IMG/VR virus record: IMGVR_UViG_3300043570_004127
Location: 105,328-169,327 of that record
DNA length: 64,000 nucleotides
Reading direction: 5' to 3' (one strand)
Origin: a virus
The translations under genes and the position numbers were made by a program. Below the pieces are notes generated by a model. That model had not been told where the DNA came from. It did not search any database and was given only the letters and a program-made list of their open reading frames with translations. Position 1 is the first letter of the stretch, and each line of letters begins with the position of its first letter. This document shows, one piece after another, positions 8,301-17,307 of this stretch.

Positions 8301-10389
8301 TGCTGGTTACGCGGCTAGCAGATTTGGCAATGAAGAAAATATGGGCGCTCTGCAAGCTGGTGCTGGAATGATGGCGGTAAATCCGCTTCTTGGTATTGCC
8401 ACTGCTGGACTAGGAAGCGCAATGTCAGCAAAAACAAAAATGGGTGGTGTTGCTTCCGGTGCTGCCGGTGGCGCGGCACTTGGAATGATGGTTGGTGGAC
8501 CACTCGGTGCCGCTGCAGGAGCTCTACTAGGTGCGACGTTTGGTTTTTTTAAAGCAAAAGCAAACCAAAGCAAAATGGTTAAAGATGCGGTCAAGAAAAT
8601 TGGCATGAATCAACTTGCTGGAATAGCTGCGAAAGCTGTTGAAGGAGCGTTGATAGGTACCACAAATCTTGCACGAAAGAAGATGGCGGATACTAGTAAA
8701 TTAGCCGATGCTTTCAGAGGTGCAAAAACAGAAGAGGAAAGAAAGAAAGTTCTCGCTCAATACTCCACTGGTCCTGGTGCAATTCTTTCCGGCAATACAT
8801 TAAGCCTTGCAACTGGTAGCAATTACACCTCTACACAAGAACAATTGGATAAAAACGTCGAAGAACAAAAAAAATTAACTCCAATGTTCAACCGTTTCGA
8901 CGGCGTAATGAAAGCGCTCGGTGGAACCACCAAAATGACGTCTGCCGAAATATTTGATTTGGCAATGCGCAAAAACGTAGACCTGTATGACAGCACCCAG
9001 AGCCTTGCTGACATCACCAAGAAGCTCGGTATTGGAATGGCAAAAACAGCCCAGCAGATGAAAGATGCGTTTAAGGACATACGCATTGGTGCTCAGGGTG
9101 TGTATAACGAGTACAAAAAAGGAAAAGAGATAAAGGACTCACTGCAGGGTGCGGGAAACACTCTAAGAGGTGGGAATAACTCCGCAGACGCAATGGCTGA
9201 TTATCTCAATAAATTTGGCGACTATCTAGATTACAAAAAACCCAACTCTCCGCTCTCAAACATTGTCCAAACAATAAAGTCATTTGGTAGTGGCGAGGCT
9301 TTTGGTACCGGTGCATACTTCCAAAAAGGAGGGGTTCTGAGTGGTGTAACACAGACCGCAGAAGCACAGGCACTGGGCGCTGATTACACGTCTCAATTAA
9401 AAATAGGCGCTGCCGAAACAGTTGCAAATCAACTTGGTTCACAGTTACTGGGAGCAAACATTCAGGGTGTTGACCCAACCTTGTTGCGCAATCAAATCAA
9501 AGGTCGAACACTGAACCTTATGAGCACCGTAGAAGCTGGAAGCGCAGCCGGAGCAACAGAAGAACAAAAAACAGCTGCAGCTGCTGCAGCAGCCCAAATA
9601 AAACAAATTGAAGAATTTGTGTTGGACCCAACCAAACTTCAGGGCAAGACCGCTGGTCAGGCCACGGATATGCTCAACAAGCTTTTGTATGGTGGTTCGA
9701 AAAATTCGCCGTTTGGCAAAGGTCAGCTTTCGCTTGAGAACGTAGCCAAGGATTTAATCGAAGTAAAACTTGATAGGGACCAGTTGGAGAAAGATTTCTC
9801 GGCTGCCGTCAGTGCGGCTTTTGCACAAACATTAGATTCGCCAGACTGGTGGAATCAGGCTCCAAACTGGTGGAACTGGAAATTCGACCCTGCCACTGGA
9901 CAGTTCTCGCCACCAGACACACGGTCCCCACGACGTGGCCGTATAGGCGACACAGGAGCCCCTAGAGCGCTTGGAGCCACAATGTCGGCACATAATGCTA
10001 TGAACTCAAAACTGACCGGAAAACGCACCGTAACAAGCTCATTCAGAACAAACAACCTAGGTTCTCCAAGTAGCGACCATGCAGCCGGAAGGGCGTATGA
10101 CCTTACAGGACAGAACCTGGGCCAGTACGCGTCGCTAGCTAAGGCGTCAGGAGGTTTTGCTGAGTTCCACGGTGCCGCTAGTTCCAGGCATCTTCATGTT
10201 GTTCCTTCACTTGCACCATCTGGAGATACATCTAGTCCGATGAGTTCCAACATGTCACCTACTGGAACCACGTACAACGGCGGAAACATATCAATTACCA
10301 TTGTTGAGTCTAAAGATGCCAGAGCAACAGCAAGGGAAGTCGCTAACGAAATTATTGCTATGCAAAAGAACGAAAGAAGGAGAATGTAA
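5374..10389 (+). CDS. Tape measure protein with a C-terminal M15-like Zn-peptidase domain
   Basis: 1671 aa, Ala/Gly-rich and helical, hydrophobic Gly-zipper segments, follows the chaperone; C-terminal SDHAAGRAYD...HLHV. Confidence 0.9.
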   Translation: MAADERATITIDVDVKNLNRLQQVTAALEAMGVASEVNAAKFGNLTGAMTGHSRASNKASKDSQRLYEKISILDKVSMQFTKQARKLMLGVMAMSIEFGVSALALASVNALFVIGKVLVKSYQLAMQGLAAGLASVGVAAIAAAAAFSEMQTAQFAFRYSSDSTTNSMDKSSLALRGLYKDTQLNIYGMKALSAAFAGVSKNSTFTAGSQKMLQGFSDFIASSGDPTKAMQAAANAIGLIQKKQTGTSKQMSTEAINAIKQINPALADLAKKGGGGFGNKDKFIEALLDGSLAEKSGVAGAASNVAGTLFAQFKSYLTSSFVELADVGKRVLEPVKKAMHAIFTSLTKNFRRISSDLVAFGQGPFLKSLVTAVDKLGEFAVMLIRKVLPTTEGFSKRISGIFYQLQRYFYQVTTSLDKMRDGGTIVIKTFGEPILEIFKQIGKSARNIGELAVKHKDSFLKFGEALKNIVVGFFDLSKTFKEAFTGALPVITTVLNAIAKIVSAVNKVFGMLTGPNNPIGSAIGIFAMGGMALKGTRAAQRKRRYSGSGGGGIPGYNEVSEMDWAARGLPMPSNASGAATAAGGGTSLSGAMAVAASAASEALTTGLAPGIGSVTGASNAAATALNKLATTASGASMKGGMKGGSVDDYGYIEKMPTRLPGQSQADYMRDRTRYIMNNRGDDLRDLESRGPLYEPLIAPDGRVGSGGGRTPQINRGQRYDSFGLPIAGGAATTREQYKSQRFDISKKSDAFARLLGYSDTTAGRAADSLWNSPEFLNSAAQDSMTRSQKLMSFLRPKGKRASDLYAETKGGLKSFLPNTGATMKGQALQVKDTLKNSPQALKSFWRGSGGGITGAMSGGGTTGASAAAGGGRVINAGPGSIRDIGLKGKLGYLGGRTLFGQGYKGGTFGTELKNLVTGKNMRDRYQMSLANQQAVFAKNNPEAAAAGVKMQGSRLKAMKAATKANLSGLGGMGAMAAGYAASRFGNEENMGALQAGAGMMAVNPLLGIATAGLGSAMSAKTKMGGVASGAAGGAALGMMVGGPLGAAAGALLGATFGFFKAKANQSKMVKDAVKKIGMNQLAGIAAKAVEGALIGTTNLARKKMADTSKLADAFRGAKTEEERKKVLAQYSTGPGAILSGNTLSLATGSNYTSTQEQLDKNVEEQKKLTPMFNRFDGVMKALGGTTKMTSAEIFDLAMRKNVDLYDSTQSLADITKKLGIGMAKTAQQMKDAFKDIRIGAQGVYNEYKKGKEIKDSLQGAGNTLRGGNNSADAMADYLNKFGDYLDYKKPNSPLSNIVQTIKSFGSGEAFGTGAYFQKGGVLSGVTQTAEAQALGADYTSQLKIGAAETVANQLGSQLLGANIQGVDPTLLRNQIKGRTLNLMSTVEAGSAAGATEEQKTAAAAAAAQIKQIEEFVLDPTKLQGKTAGQATDMLNKLLYGGSKNSPFGKGQLSLENVAKDLIEVKLDRDQLEKDFSAAVSAAFAQTLDSPDWWNQAPNWWNWKFDPATGQFSPPDTRSPRRGRIGDTGAPRALGATMSAHNAMNSKLTGKRTVTSSFRTNNLGSPSSDHAAGRAYDLTGQNLGQYASLAKASGGFAEFHGAASSRHLHVVPSLAPSGDTSSPMSSNMSPTGTTYNGGNISITIVESKDARATAREVANEIIAMQKNERRRM

Positions 10390-10391
10390 TC

Positions 10392-11027
10392 ATGGCACTT
10401 TCAGTGACAGGGAGACCAGTGGCACAATCGACTTATACCGGAATCAGCTTTAATGCTCTCAAAAGAACAGCTAGGAACGGTTCAGCGTTTCGTGCAATGA
10501 ATCAAATAAACTCGTTTGTCCGTGGGAAAAAACCGCTTGAATACCTGTTTCTTTATGCTCCGGCATCGTTTACCCATGAGGGCTATGGCGTTAACCTAAA
10601 CGAAATACAGAGACCATATTTAGCACCAATCGTTGATGTGACTGGTGGTAAAGCACGAAAGGCGAGTTTTCAGTTCATCATTACTGACGCGGATGACTCT
10701 TTCTTTACTGCCGTAGATGATGAAATATCCTATGTTCAAGCATTTGCCGACAACGGAATACCGGTCAGTTTTAATTCAGTTCATAAACAATTAGATTCTT
10801 CTTTTTGGTACATAGACAACATGACATTTACTCATGCGCGCTCCAACCTAGCTGGCAGAACAGTGAGCGCTCAGTGCGATGTTTCCCTAACAGAGTACCT
10901 ACCTTCATCAAAAAACTTCATCCAACTCCCAAGGTTTAAGTATGGGAATATTACTCAGATAACTAAGAAAAAGATTACGACTCCAGGAGTGGACCCGGAC
11001 GACATTGCGGCAGCGCTTAAAGGATAA
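10392..11027 (+). CDS. Putative tail tube initiator / baseplate-proximal protein
   Basis: Synteny after the tape measure; C-terminal SAQCDVSLTEY resembles tube-initiator folds. Confidence 0.6.
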   Translation: MALSVTGRPVAQSTYTGISFNALKRTARNGSAFRAMNQINSFVRGKKPLEYLFLYAPASFTHEGYGVNLNEIQRPYLAPIVDVTGGKARKASFQFIITDADDSFFTAVDDEISYVQAFADNGIPVSFNSVHKQLDSSFWYIDNMTFTHARSNLAGRTVSAQCDVSLTEYLPSSKNFIQLPRFKYGNITQITKKKITTPGVDPDDIAAALKG

Positions 11028-11036
11028 ACACTTACG

Positions 11037-12452
11037 ATGTTTCCTGATTATCCAACTGCTGACGAAGCAAAAATAAGTGCGTCATATATTCTTGCTTATG
11101 GAAATATAAATCTTCGCACCCGTCCATTGTCTCTTCTTGTCAGCGGAAAAGTTGACGCATCTTTTTGCTTCCTTCACCCGACAGTTTTTGATGATGGTAC
11201 TCCGATATTTGCTTTAATACCGCAAGTATCGGATGACGGAAGAAAATTGACTCAAAAACAAGCCATAGATTTGTATCAAATTTCTAATAGGCATTTCGGC
11301 AAATTTGCATTTAAGGTAGCCGGAAAACCACCGGTACACCCAGCGCGTCTATATCAGAACGTTCTCATTGCCAGAGAACTCGCTATTTTGAAATCTCAAA
11401 AAGCGGCAGGAATAGTAGCCGGAGACGCATACTTTCCAGTATCTCTCAATCCAGACGAGAACAAACGAAATCTCAGCGGAATACTGCAAGTAACAGATTT
11501 ATTTGGAGCAGCCCAAAAGTATTTCGAGGAAAACTTATTCGAGGTAACAGTTGACTACAAGATGGACATGGGCTCAGAAGTCACGTTCAAGGTCATGGAT
11601 AATGGCTACAACATGATGGATAAAAACTATTTTGTGGTACGAAGGGACATCACCTACAGAGGACGCAATTACGAAATAGCCGCTGTTAATTCCGGACCCG
11701 GGGAGGGTGGTTCACCAATAATCAGTGTTTCTGCCAGAAATAAAGGGATACAGCAAATGCGCAGAGATAAACTTCCGAGAACGATAAGCGGTGGAACGGC
11801 CTACGAATACGCAGCCGCAGCTGCCAAAAAATTTGGTATGGGGTTTATTGGTCAGAAAACAAACACGGTCCACTCCACATTTAAGTCGGGTGGTTCAAAT
11901 AACAATAAATCAACATGGGATGTTTTGAAAGACCAAGCGCAGGGCAATCAATATGTGGTTTTCGAAATTGACAACATTCTAATATTTGGTTCTCATCAGT
12001 GGCTAATGTGGAAATTTGGGAACTGGATGAAGGGGGGGAAGAGGTTTGTTCCATTATTATATGTACCAGGATTTACTGGAGAGGATTTAAGTAAAGTACT
12101 CATTGATTCGGACGATACCTCGAACATTTTTCAACTCGAAAAATGGCACACTTTCAATACTGACGACCAAGACCCTATGGCTGCCACGGGAAGCTGCAGT
12201 GTATTAATGCCAAACGGTGGTGCCTTGAGGCCAGGAATGACGGCCGTATGCGGACCATACCCTGACTATTTCTATGGTGGCTACATAATCACAGACGTGA
12301 ACTATACTGAAGGTTCTCCAGGCCCAGCAAGTGTCTCATTTAGAACGCCAGAAGAACCCCGAAATCAAAAAGGGCTCCCAATCAAGCCAAGAACAGGTAG
12401 CAAGCCAGCAATCCCAATCCCGGTTGGAAGCGTATCCGTAGTTGCGGTGTAG
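11037..12452 (+). CDS. Baseplate hub protein (gpD/gp27-like) with N-terminal extension
   Basis: STWDVLKDQAQ, LRPGMTAV...GGYIITDVNY-type motifs; synteny. Confidence 0.7.
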   Translation: MFPDYPTADEAKISASYILAYGNINLRTRPLSLLVSGKVDASFCFLHPTVFDDGTPIFALIPQVSDDGRKLTQKQAIDLYQISNRHFGKFAFKVAGKPPVHPARLYQNVLIARELAILKSQKAAGIVAGDAYFPVSLNPDENKRNLSGILQVTDLFGAAQKYFEENLFEVTVDYKMDMGSEVTFKVMDNGYNMMDKNYFVVRRDITYRGRNYEIAAVNSGPGEGGSPIISVSARNKGIQQMRRDKLPRTISGGTAYEYAAAAAKKFGMGFIGQKTNTVHSTFKSGGSNNNKSTWDVLKDQAQGNQYVVFEIDNILIFGSHQWLMWKFGNWMKGGKRFVPLLYVPGFTGEDLSKVLIDSDDTSNIFQLEKWHTFNTDDQDPMAATGSCSVLMPNGGALRPGMTAVCGPYPDYFYGGYIITDVNYTEGSPGPASVSFRTPEEPRNQKGLPIKPRTGSKPAIPIPVGSVSVVAV

Positions 12453-12459
12453 GACAATC

Positions 12460-12867
12460 ATGACTTTTTATGACCACATAGACGATTTTAGCAACCCGGT
12501 TAAGGGTAACGCTGGCGCAAAACGTCCTGTAGGGCTGTATCTGGGTAAGGTCGTTCGTGTTTCTGGGGGGATATTTATATCCATACCAACGCTTGCTCCT
12601 GGTAGTACTTTTGGCCCCTGTAAAACATTTGGAAGTTACCCAGTGATTGGTCAATCTATTTTATGTGGATTCCTTGACGGTAAATTTGAAGAACCTGTCG
12701 TAATAGGTAAATCTACTCAGTCAAAAGTCTTGAAAGATGTAGATACTCCAGTCGACAGCACCGATGGAAGTAATAAACTATATGTGGACACTCAGATAGC
12801 AAACCTGCTTTCTTATGTAAATACGCAGCTAGCGACAAAGGCGAACAACGGTCATGGACACTCTTAA
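12460..12867 (+). CDS. Baseplate central spike (OB-fold N-terminus, HxH tip)
   Basis: GLYLGKVVRV...YPVIGQSILCGFLDGKFEEPVVIG resembles the gp5/gpV OB fold; ends GHGHS; SD AGGA before ATG 12460. Confidence 0.75.
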   Translation: MTFYDHIDDFSNPVKGNAGAKRPVGLYLGKVVRVSGGIFISIPTLAPGSTFGPCKTFGSYPVIGQSILCGFLDGKFEEPVVIGKSTQSKVLKDVDTPVDSTDGSNKLYVDTQIANLLSYVNTQLATKANNGHGHS

Positions 12868-13156
12868 ACTCCCAATAGTATTTGATAAGGGTAGGGTTGG
12901 TTTGTTGCAGGAAAATACCCGTGATTACTATAACCAGGCCGTAGCTATTGCGTGCCGAATCGAAAAGGGCGAGTTGGCTCTTGAGCCAACATATGGTGTA
13001 AAAGATTCTACTTTTGAAACATTTAGGAAATCCGAGCTAAATTACACGCTTTCAACATTCTGGCCAGAAATTCGAATAGTAAAACTTGAACAAGACAGGC
13101 CTGATAAAAACGGCTCATCTCGTTTGCTTATCGATTTTGCTTTTGAGGGAGAGTAA
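12854..13156 (+). CDS. Baseplate wedge protein gp25/gpW-like
   Basis: EKGELALEPTYGV, FWPEIRIV; lies between spike and baseplate J. Confidence 0.8.
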   Translation: MDTLKLPIVFDKGRVGLLQENTRDYYNQAVAIACRIEKGELALEPTYGVKDSTFETFRKSELNYTLSTFWPEIRIVKLEQDRPDKNGSSRLLIDFAFEGE

Positions 13157-13158
13157 TC

Positions 13159-14652
13159 ATGGCATCTCCGGATTTTTCGAACTACATCGACCTAACAGTA
13201 AACGACAAGCAACCAGATGAGATATACAACGAGGCTGTTGATTATGCAAAAATAGCATTGCCCGAGTTTTCTCCTCGCTCCGGAACGGTTGAGGATGCAG
13301 TTTTGCAATCAACAGCGTACATGGCTGGCGTTACATCTGGAGCGATAAACCGACTTCCGAATGGCCTCATGGAAGGAATAATGAGGTTAATCGGTGTTGT
13401 TAGAAAAGAAGCAACATTCGGTTCTGTGGATGTTGAATTTACCCTTAGCGGTGATGGACTAACGGTTCCAGCTGAAACAATTGTTTACTTCCAAACGACG
13501 GATGGAGACATAACGGTTCAATATCCATTTATTCTATCGGCCGATACAACTGCTGTTAGTAGTGAGTCGACAGTAACCGCCACCCTAACATCCCAAATCG
13601 GTGGAATCCTGCCAACAATGGACATCGGAACAATTCTTAGTTTGTCGCAAGCAAATACTGTTGTTCTGTCGGCAGCGACCGCGTCGAACGTAACGCAGGG
13701 AGCAAGAGCAGAAACCGAAGCCGAATATTTTGAAAGGGCAACTACTTACTTGGAATCGCTTTCCTCCTGTCTCGCCACGGCCAAACAGGTTGAGAACTAT
13801 ATTCTTGCAAACTATTCCGAAGTATATAGATGCAAGGTTTACGATTTAACACAAGCGATTACCTACGAAGCACCCGCGAGTGCCGTAAATGCTGAAAAAT
13901 CCGGATACTCAACAACCGTTCTTGCGGATTCCGATTTCGTCATAGCTCTCTATCAGCTCGACTCTCAGATAGTTAGAGCCGTGACTCCTTCATTGTCTCT
14001 CTCTAGTTATGAATCAACAATTCCTTCTGGACATTACATTGGAGCATCGGTTGGGGCTTCGGCTGGAAGCTCTTCGGTTGCTTACTCAGATTCAGCATCC
14101 GTGCTCGGGCAATATGGTCCTATAAGCCTTATTGCACTTGAATCGCTGCTTCTCGCAGACGTAGGCGACAACCCAGGGCATTTTGTTATCTTCATGTGCG
14201 ACCAGGACGGAATGCCGGTTCTATCCAGTATTAAAAATGAGATTTACACTGATGTGGCTGAAAAAATCACAGCCGGTTTAACCTTTAAGATATTAGACGC
14301 ATTTCCAGTGGACATCGATTTCACTGTAACTATTTCTGTTGATGCAGAGTTCGGAGCGAGCACTGTTGCCACATCGCTAGCCGCAGACCTCGAAACGTAC
14401 ATGTCCGTTGCGGAATGGCCAAACTGGAACTCTTTTGTCCGTATATTCGACGTCGTTGTAAGGTCAAGCAAGATTGCCGGAGTATCTTACGTTTACAGCG
14501 TTACACCATCGATACCAACTTCGGCAGAAGGTGCAATGGAGGGAAATGAAGACCTTCTCTCTGAGGTAACTGACGATGGAAACCTTCTTGGTTATCAATT
14601 TCTTTATGCTGGAGTGATGCCTAGGGCGACAGTGGAAGTGCTCGTTATTTAA
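13159..14652 (+). CDS. Baseplate J-like protein
   Basis: LIGVVRKEA, GARAETEAEYFER motifs; synteny. Confidence 0.85.
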   Translation: MASPDFSNYIDLTVNDKQPDEIYNEAVDYAKIALPEFSPRSGTVEDAVLQSTAYMAGVTSGAINRLPNGLMEGIMRLIGVVRKEATFGSVDVEFTLSGDGLTVPAETIVYFQTTDGDITVQYPFILSADTTAVSSESTVTATLTSQIGGILPTMDIGTILSLSQANTVVLSAATASNVTQGARAETEAEYFERATTYLESLSSCLATAKQVENYILANYSEVYRCKVYDLTQAITYEAPASAVNAEKSGYSTTVLADSDFVIALYQLDSQIVRAVTPSLSLSSYESTIPSGHYIGASVGASAGSSSVAYSDSASVLGQYGPISLIALESLLLADVGDNPGHFVIFMCDQDGMPVLSSIKNEIYTDVAEKITAGLTFKILDAFPVDIDFTVTISVDAEFGASTVATSLAADLETYMSVAEWPNWNSFVRIFDVVVRSSKIAGVSYVYSVTPSIPTSAEGAMEGNEDLLSEVTDDGNLLGYQFLYAGVMPRATVEVLVI

Positions 14653-14653
14653 T

Positions 14654-15925
14654 ATGGGCGCCATAACCAACAGGCTTTCTGGTGCGCAGTTCACGCTTTC
14701 GGAGTTCGGCACTGCCAATTCATGGACCAGCGATGACATGGGCATTTCTGTTGATACAACTTCAGAGCTTTGGACTTCTTCGGCCAACAAGCAACTTGCA
14801 TTAACAATTCTTAACGACGACCATACTGGGACAATACGATTAGATTCTGCAGAAATAGGTTTAAGTGATTTAACTAAACCCATCATTTTTACATGTGGTA
14901 TAAAAATGCCATCTGGAGGAACGGTTGAAGTTAGTCTTGGGCACTCTAGCCAAGAAGAAGAAAACTCTGTCAATACCCTCAAGGCAGTGCAGGGCTCGAC
15001 ATCCGTAGTTAACGCAGTTGGAGTTGTAAACCCACAATGGTTCATATTTAGAAGCGACCCGATTATCCCGATTTCTCCTGTTGGCACAACGGGAATGACA
15101 ATCCACATAACTTTTACAGCAAACGACGCAACCGCACCTATCTACTTTACTTTGCCGGTTCTATGTCAAAATTACGAATTTGCTTCAAAAAACACAATAC
15201 TTAGCAGCGTGGCGCAGAATATACCAAGAGTGTTTTTGGATATTGACTTTGAACAGACCAGTGGGATAGACCTCCCATTTATGAGATTGCTTGATATTTT
15301 TACAAATGGACTGGATGAATCATATCAACAAATGGGAAAATACGCATATCTGGATATCGAACAAGGCTACAACGACTCGGACAACACAACAAAAAGTACG
15401 CTAGTCAATCCTGACGTGGCCGACTTTGAAACGCTTACATGGTTGTGTAAATTTACGGGAACAAAACCCGTAACACGATACGAATCATCACTAGATACGG
15501 TGACAGTACCATTTATTTTGGGAGATGAAATTTCCTCTGGTTCACTTCTTGACAGCGATGATGGTTTGCTGCTTACCAGTTACACAGAATTGAGTCCTCC
15601 GGTTTTCACGCTTGCGAAACAAGTTGAACTACTTAGTTGGCAGGTTGACAATGGGTATTATGGGATTAATGCTGGTACTCTTCCTGCCGTTGTGGATGCA
15701 GCTAAACAACAGCTAACAGGGGAGAAATCAGTTGTTGTGGAGTATGACTATGAAACAACACCATGGGTAATCAATCTTTCCAGTGAGTGGTATGAGACAT
15801 ACGGCTCAACGGGCGAGGAAGATGTTGGGAGTTCATCAAAACTCGTTTTGGGTGCTGTTGAATATGCCCGTCCGCTCGGGGTGAAAATAACACACACAAT
15901 GACGCATACCGTGACCATACAATGA
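14654..15925 (+). CDS. Baseplate wedge / tail protein (gpI-like C-terminus)
   Basis: DFETLTWLCKFTG, GTLPAVVDAAK, EYARPLGVKITH; follows baseplate J. Confidence 0.65.
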   Translation: MGAITNRLSGAQFTLSEFGTANSWTSDDMGISVDTTSELWTSSANKQLALTILNDDHTGTIRLDSAEIGLSDLTKPIIFTCGIKMPSGGTVEVSLGHSSQEEENSVNTLKAVQGSTSVVNAVGVVNPQWFIFRSDPIIPISPVGTTGMTIHITFTANDATAPIYFTLPVLCQNYEFASKNTILSSVAQNIPRVFLDIDFEQTSGIDLPFMRLLDIFTNGLDESYQQMGKYAYLDIEQGYNDSDNTTKSTLVNPDVADFETLTWLCKFTGTKPVTRYESSLDTVTVPFILGDEISSGSLLDSDDGLLLTSYTELSPPVFTLAKQVELLSWQVDNGYYGINAGTLPAVVDAAKQQLTGEKSVVVEYDYETTPWVINLSSEWYETYGSTGEEDVGSSSKLVLGAVEYARPLGVKITHTMTHTVTIQ

Positions 15926-15945
15926 TTTTGCTTATTGGTACATCT

Positions 15946-15985
15946 ATTGACGTAAATAATTGACATAAATTTAATAGGTTATAAT
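15946..15985 (+). promoter_or_regulatory. Putative promoter of the fibre operon with tandem 12-bp repeats
   Basis: ATTGACGTAAAT (15946-15957) and ATTGACATAAAT (15959-15970), then a perfect TATAAT at 15980-15985 in an AT-rich intergenic gap. Confidence 0.55.
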
Positions 15986-16019
15986 TTAGAGACTATCGAC
16001 GATAAAGGCCCTAGTAACC

Positions 16020-17306
16020 ATGACAATCCAGACATTTACAGCAGGACAAAGACTGACAGCGCTTCAGCTGAACACGCTCCAGGCAAGTGATTTTAATTTT
16101 ACACGTAACGTTCGAAATGATTTGACGTACACTTTCGCCCTTTCAGATAAAGGTAAATTGGTAGAAAGCACTAATGCTGGTGCGGCTGTTTTCACGATAG
16201 CCAATGACAGTTCTGTCGAATTTACCGTCGGCGACAGAATCGATGTTCTTCTTGCTTCTGTTGGCTCGGTAACCATTTCTCCTGCCTCTGGGGTGACCCT
16301 GTATGCCGAGGGCGACATCACAACAGTTGCCTCAGCATGGACAAGGCTCACCCTTATCAAGAGAGCGGAAAATTCCTGGGTTATGACCGGTACTGGAATG
16401 TCTGTCCAGACCGTGGAACTAGACGACCTTGCAGTCACGACTGCAAAAATCGCCAACCTCAACGTTACAACTGGAAAAATAGCAGATGATGCGGTTAACG
16501 GCGACAAAATTGCGGACTCTTCTGTAACCTCGGCACACATTGTTGATGGGACCATCGTCAACGGGGACGTCAGTGCTTCTGCAGCGATTGCTTATAGCAA
16601 ATTGAATCTTGGGACGTCAATCGTTAATGCTGATGTGAGTGCATCTGCTGCGATTGATTATGCCAAGTTAAATCTTGGCACATCAATTGTTAATGCTGAC
16701 GTCAGTGCATCTGCTGCGATTGTTGACACAAAACTTGCAACCATCTCAACCGCCCTAAAGGTATCGAACTCAGCAACGACAGCAACGAATGCTAATACGG
16801 CTTCTGCAATTGTTGCCCGCGATGCTTCTGGCGACTTTTCCGCTGGAACCATTACTGCAAATTTGACAGGCATAGCAACCTATACGGCGGAGTGGGTTCT
16901 TGGAGCAAATGGTTCTAGTCACTACACTTTTGCAGGACCAGGTTTCACTGGTTCTGAAGACGACCCCATCCTCCACCTGGTTAGAGGGCAAAAATATAAA
17001 TTCACAAATACGATGGGAGCTCATCCGTTCAGAATCCAAAGCACTGTAAATGGTTCTACGGGAACTGCGTACAATGACGGAATAACAAACAACGATGTTT
17101 CGAACGGAACATTAATTTGGGATGTTCAGTTTGACGCTCCTACTGTCCTTTACTACCAATGCACTGCTCACGGAACAATGGGTGGCGCAATTTATATTGT
17201 TAACGACACTGCTTCAATGATTGGTACTCGCACTGTGTTCGTTCAACAAGCTACGCCAACCGCTCTTGCGACTGGGGATATCTGGTTCCAGGTAACAGGA
17301 CTCTAA
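16020..17306 (+). CDS. Tail fibre protein A
   Basis: TFTAGQRLTA anchor-like start; VTTAKIA and IVNADVSASAAI repeats; DPILHLVRGQKYKF...HPFRIQ...LYYQCTAHGTMGG cupredoxin-like domain; C-terminal PTALATGDIWFQV. Confidence 0.8.
   Translation: MTIQTFTAGQRLTALQLNTLQASDFNFTRNVRNDLTYTFALSDKGKLVESTNAGAAVFTIANDSSVEFTVGDRIDVLLASVGSVTISPASGVTLYAEGDITTVASAWTRLTLIKRAENSWVMTGTGMSVQTVELDDLAVTTAKIANLNVTTGKIADDAVNGDKIADSSVTSAHIVDGTIVNGDVSASAAIAYSKLNLGTSIVNADVSASAAIDYAKLNLGTSIVNADVSASAAIVDTKLATISTALKVSNSATTATNANTASAIVARDASGDFSAGTITANLTGIATYTAEWVLGANGSSHYTFAGPGFTGSEDDPILHLVRGQKYKFTNTMGAHPFRIQSTVNGSTGTAYNDGITNNDVSNGTLIWDVQFDAPTVLYYQCTAHGTMGGAIYIVNDTASMIGTRTVFVQQATPTALATGDIWFQVTGL
16554..16736 (+). repeat. Intragenic ~66-bp (22-aa) tandem repeat, about 3 copies
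   Basis: IVNGDVSASAAIAYSKLNLGTS / IVNADVSASAAIDYAKLNLGTS / IVNADVSASAAIVDTKL. Confidence 0.85.
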
Positions 17307-17307
17307 T

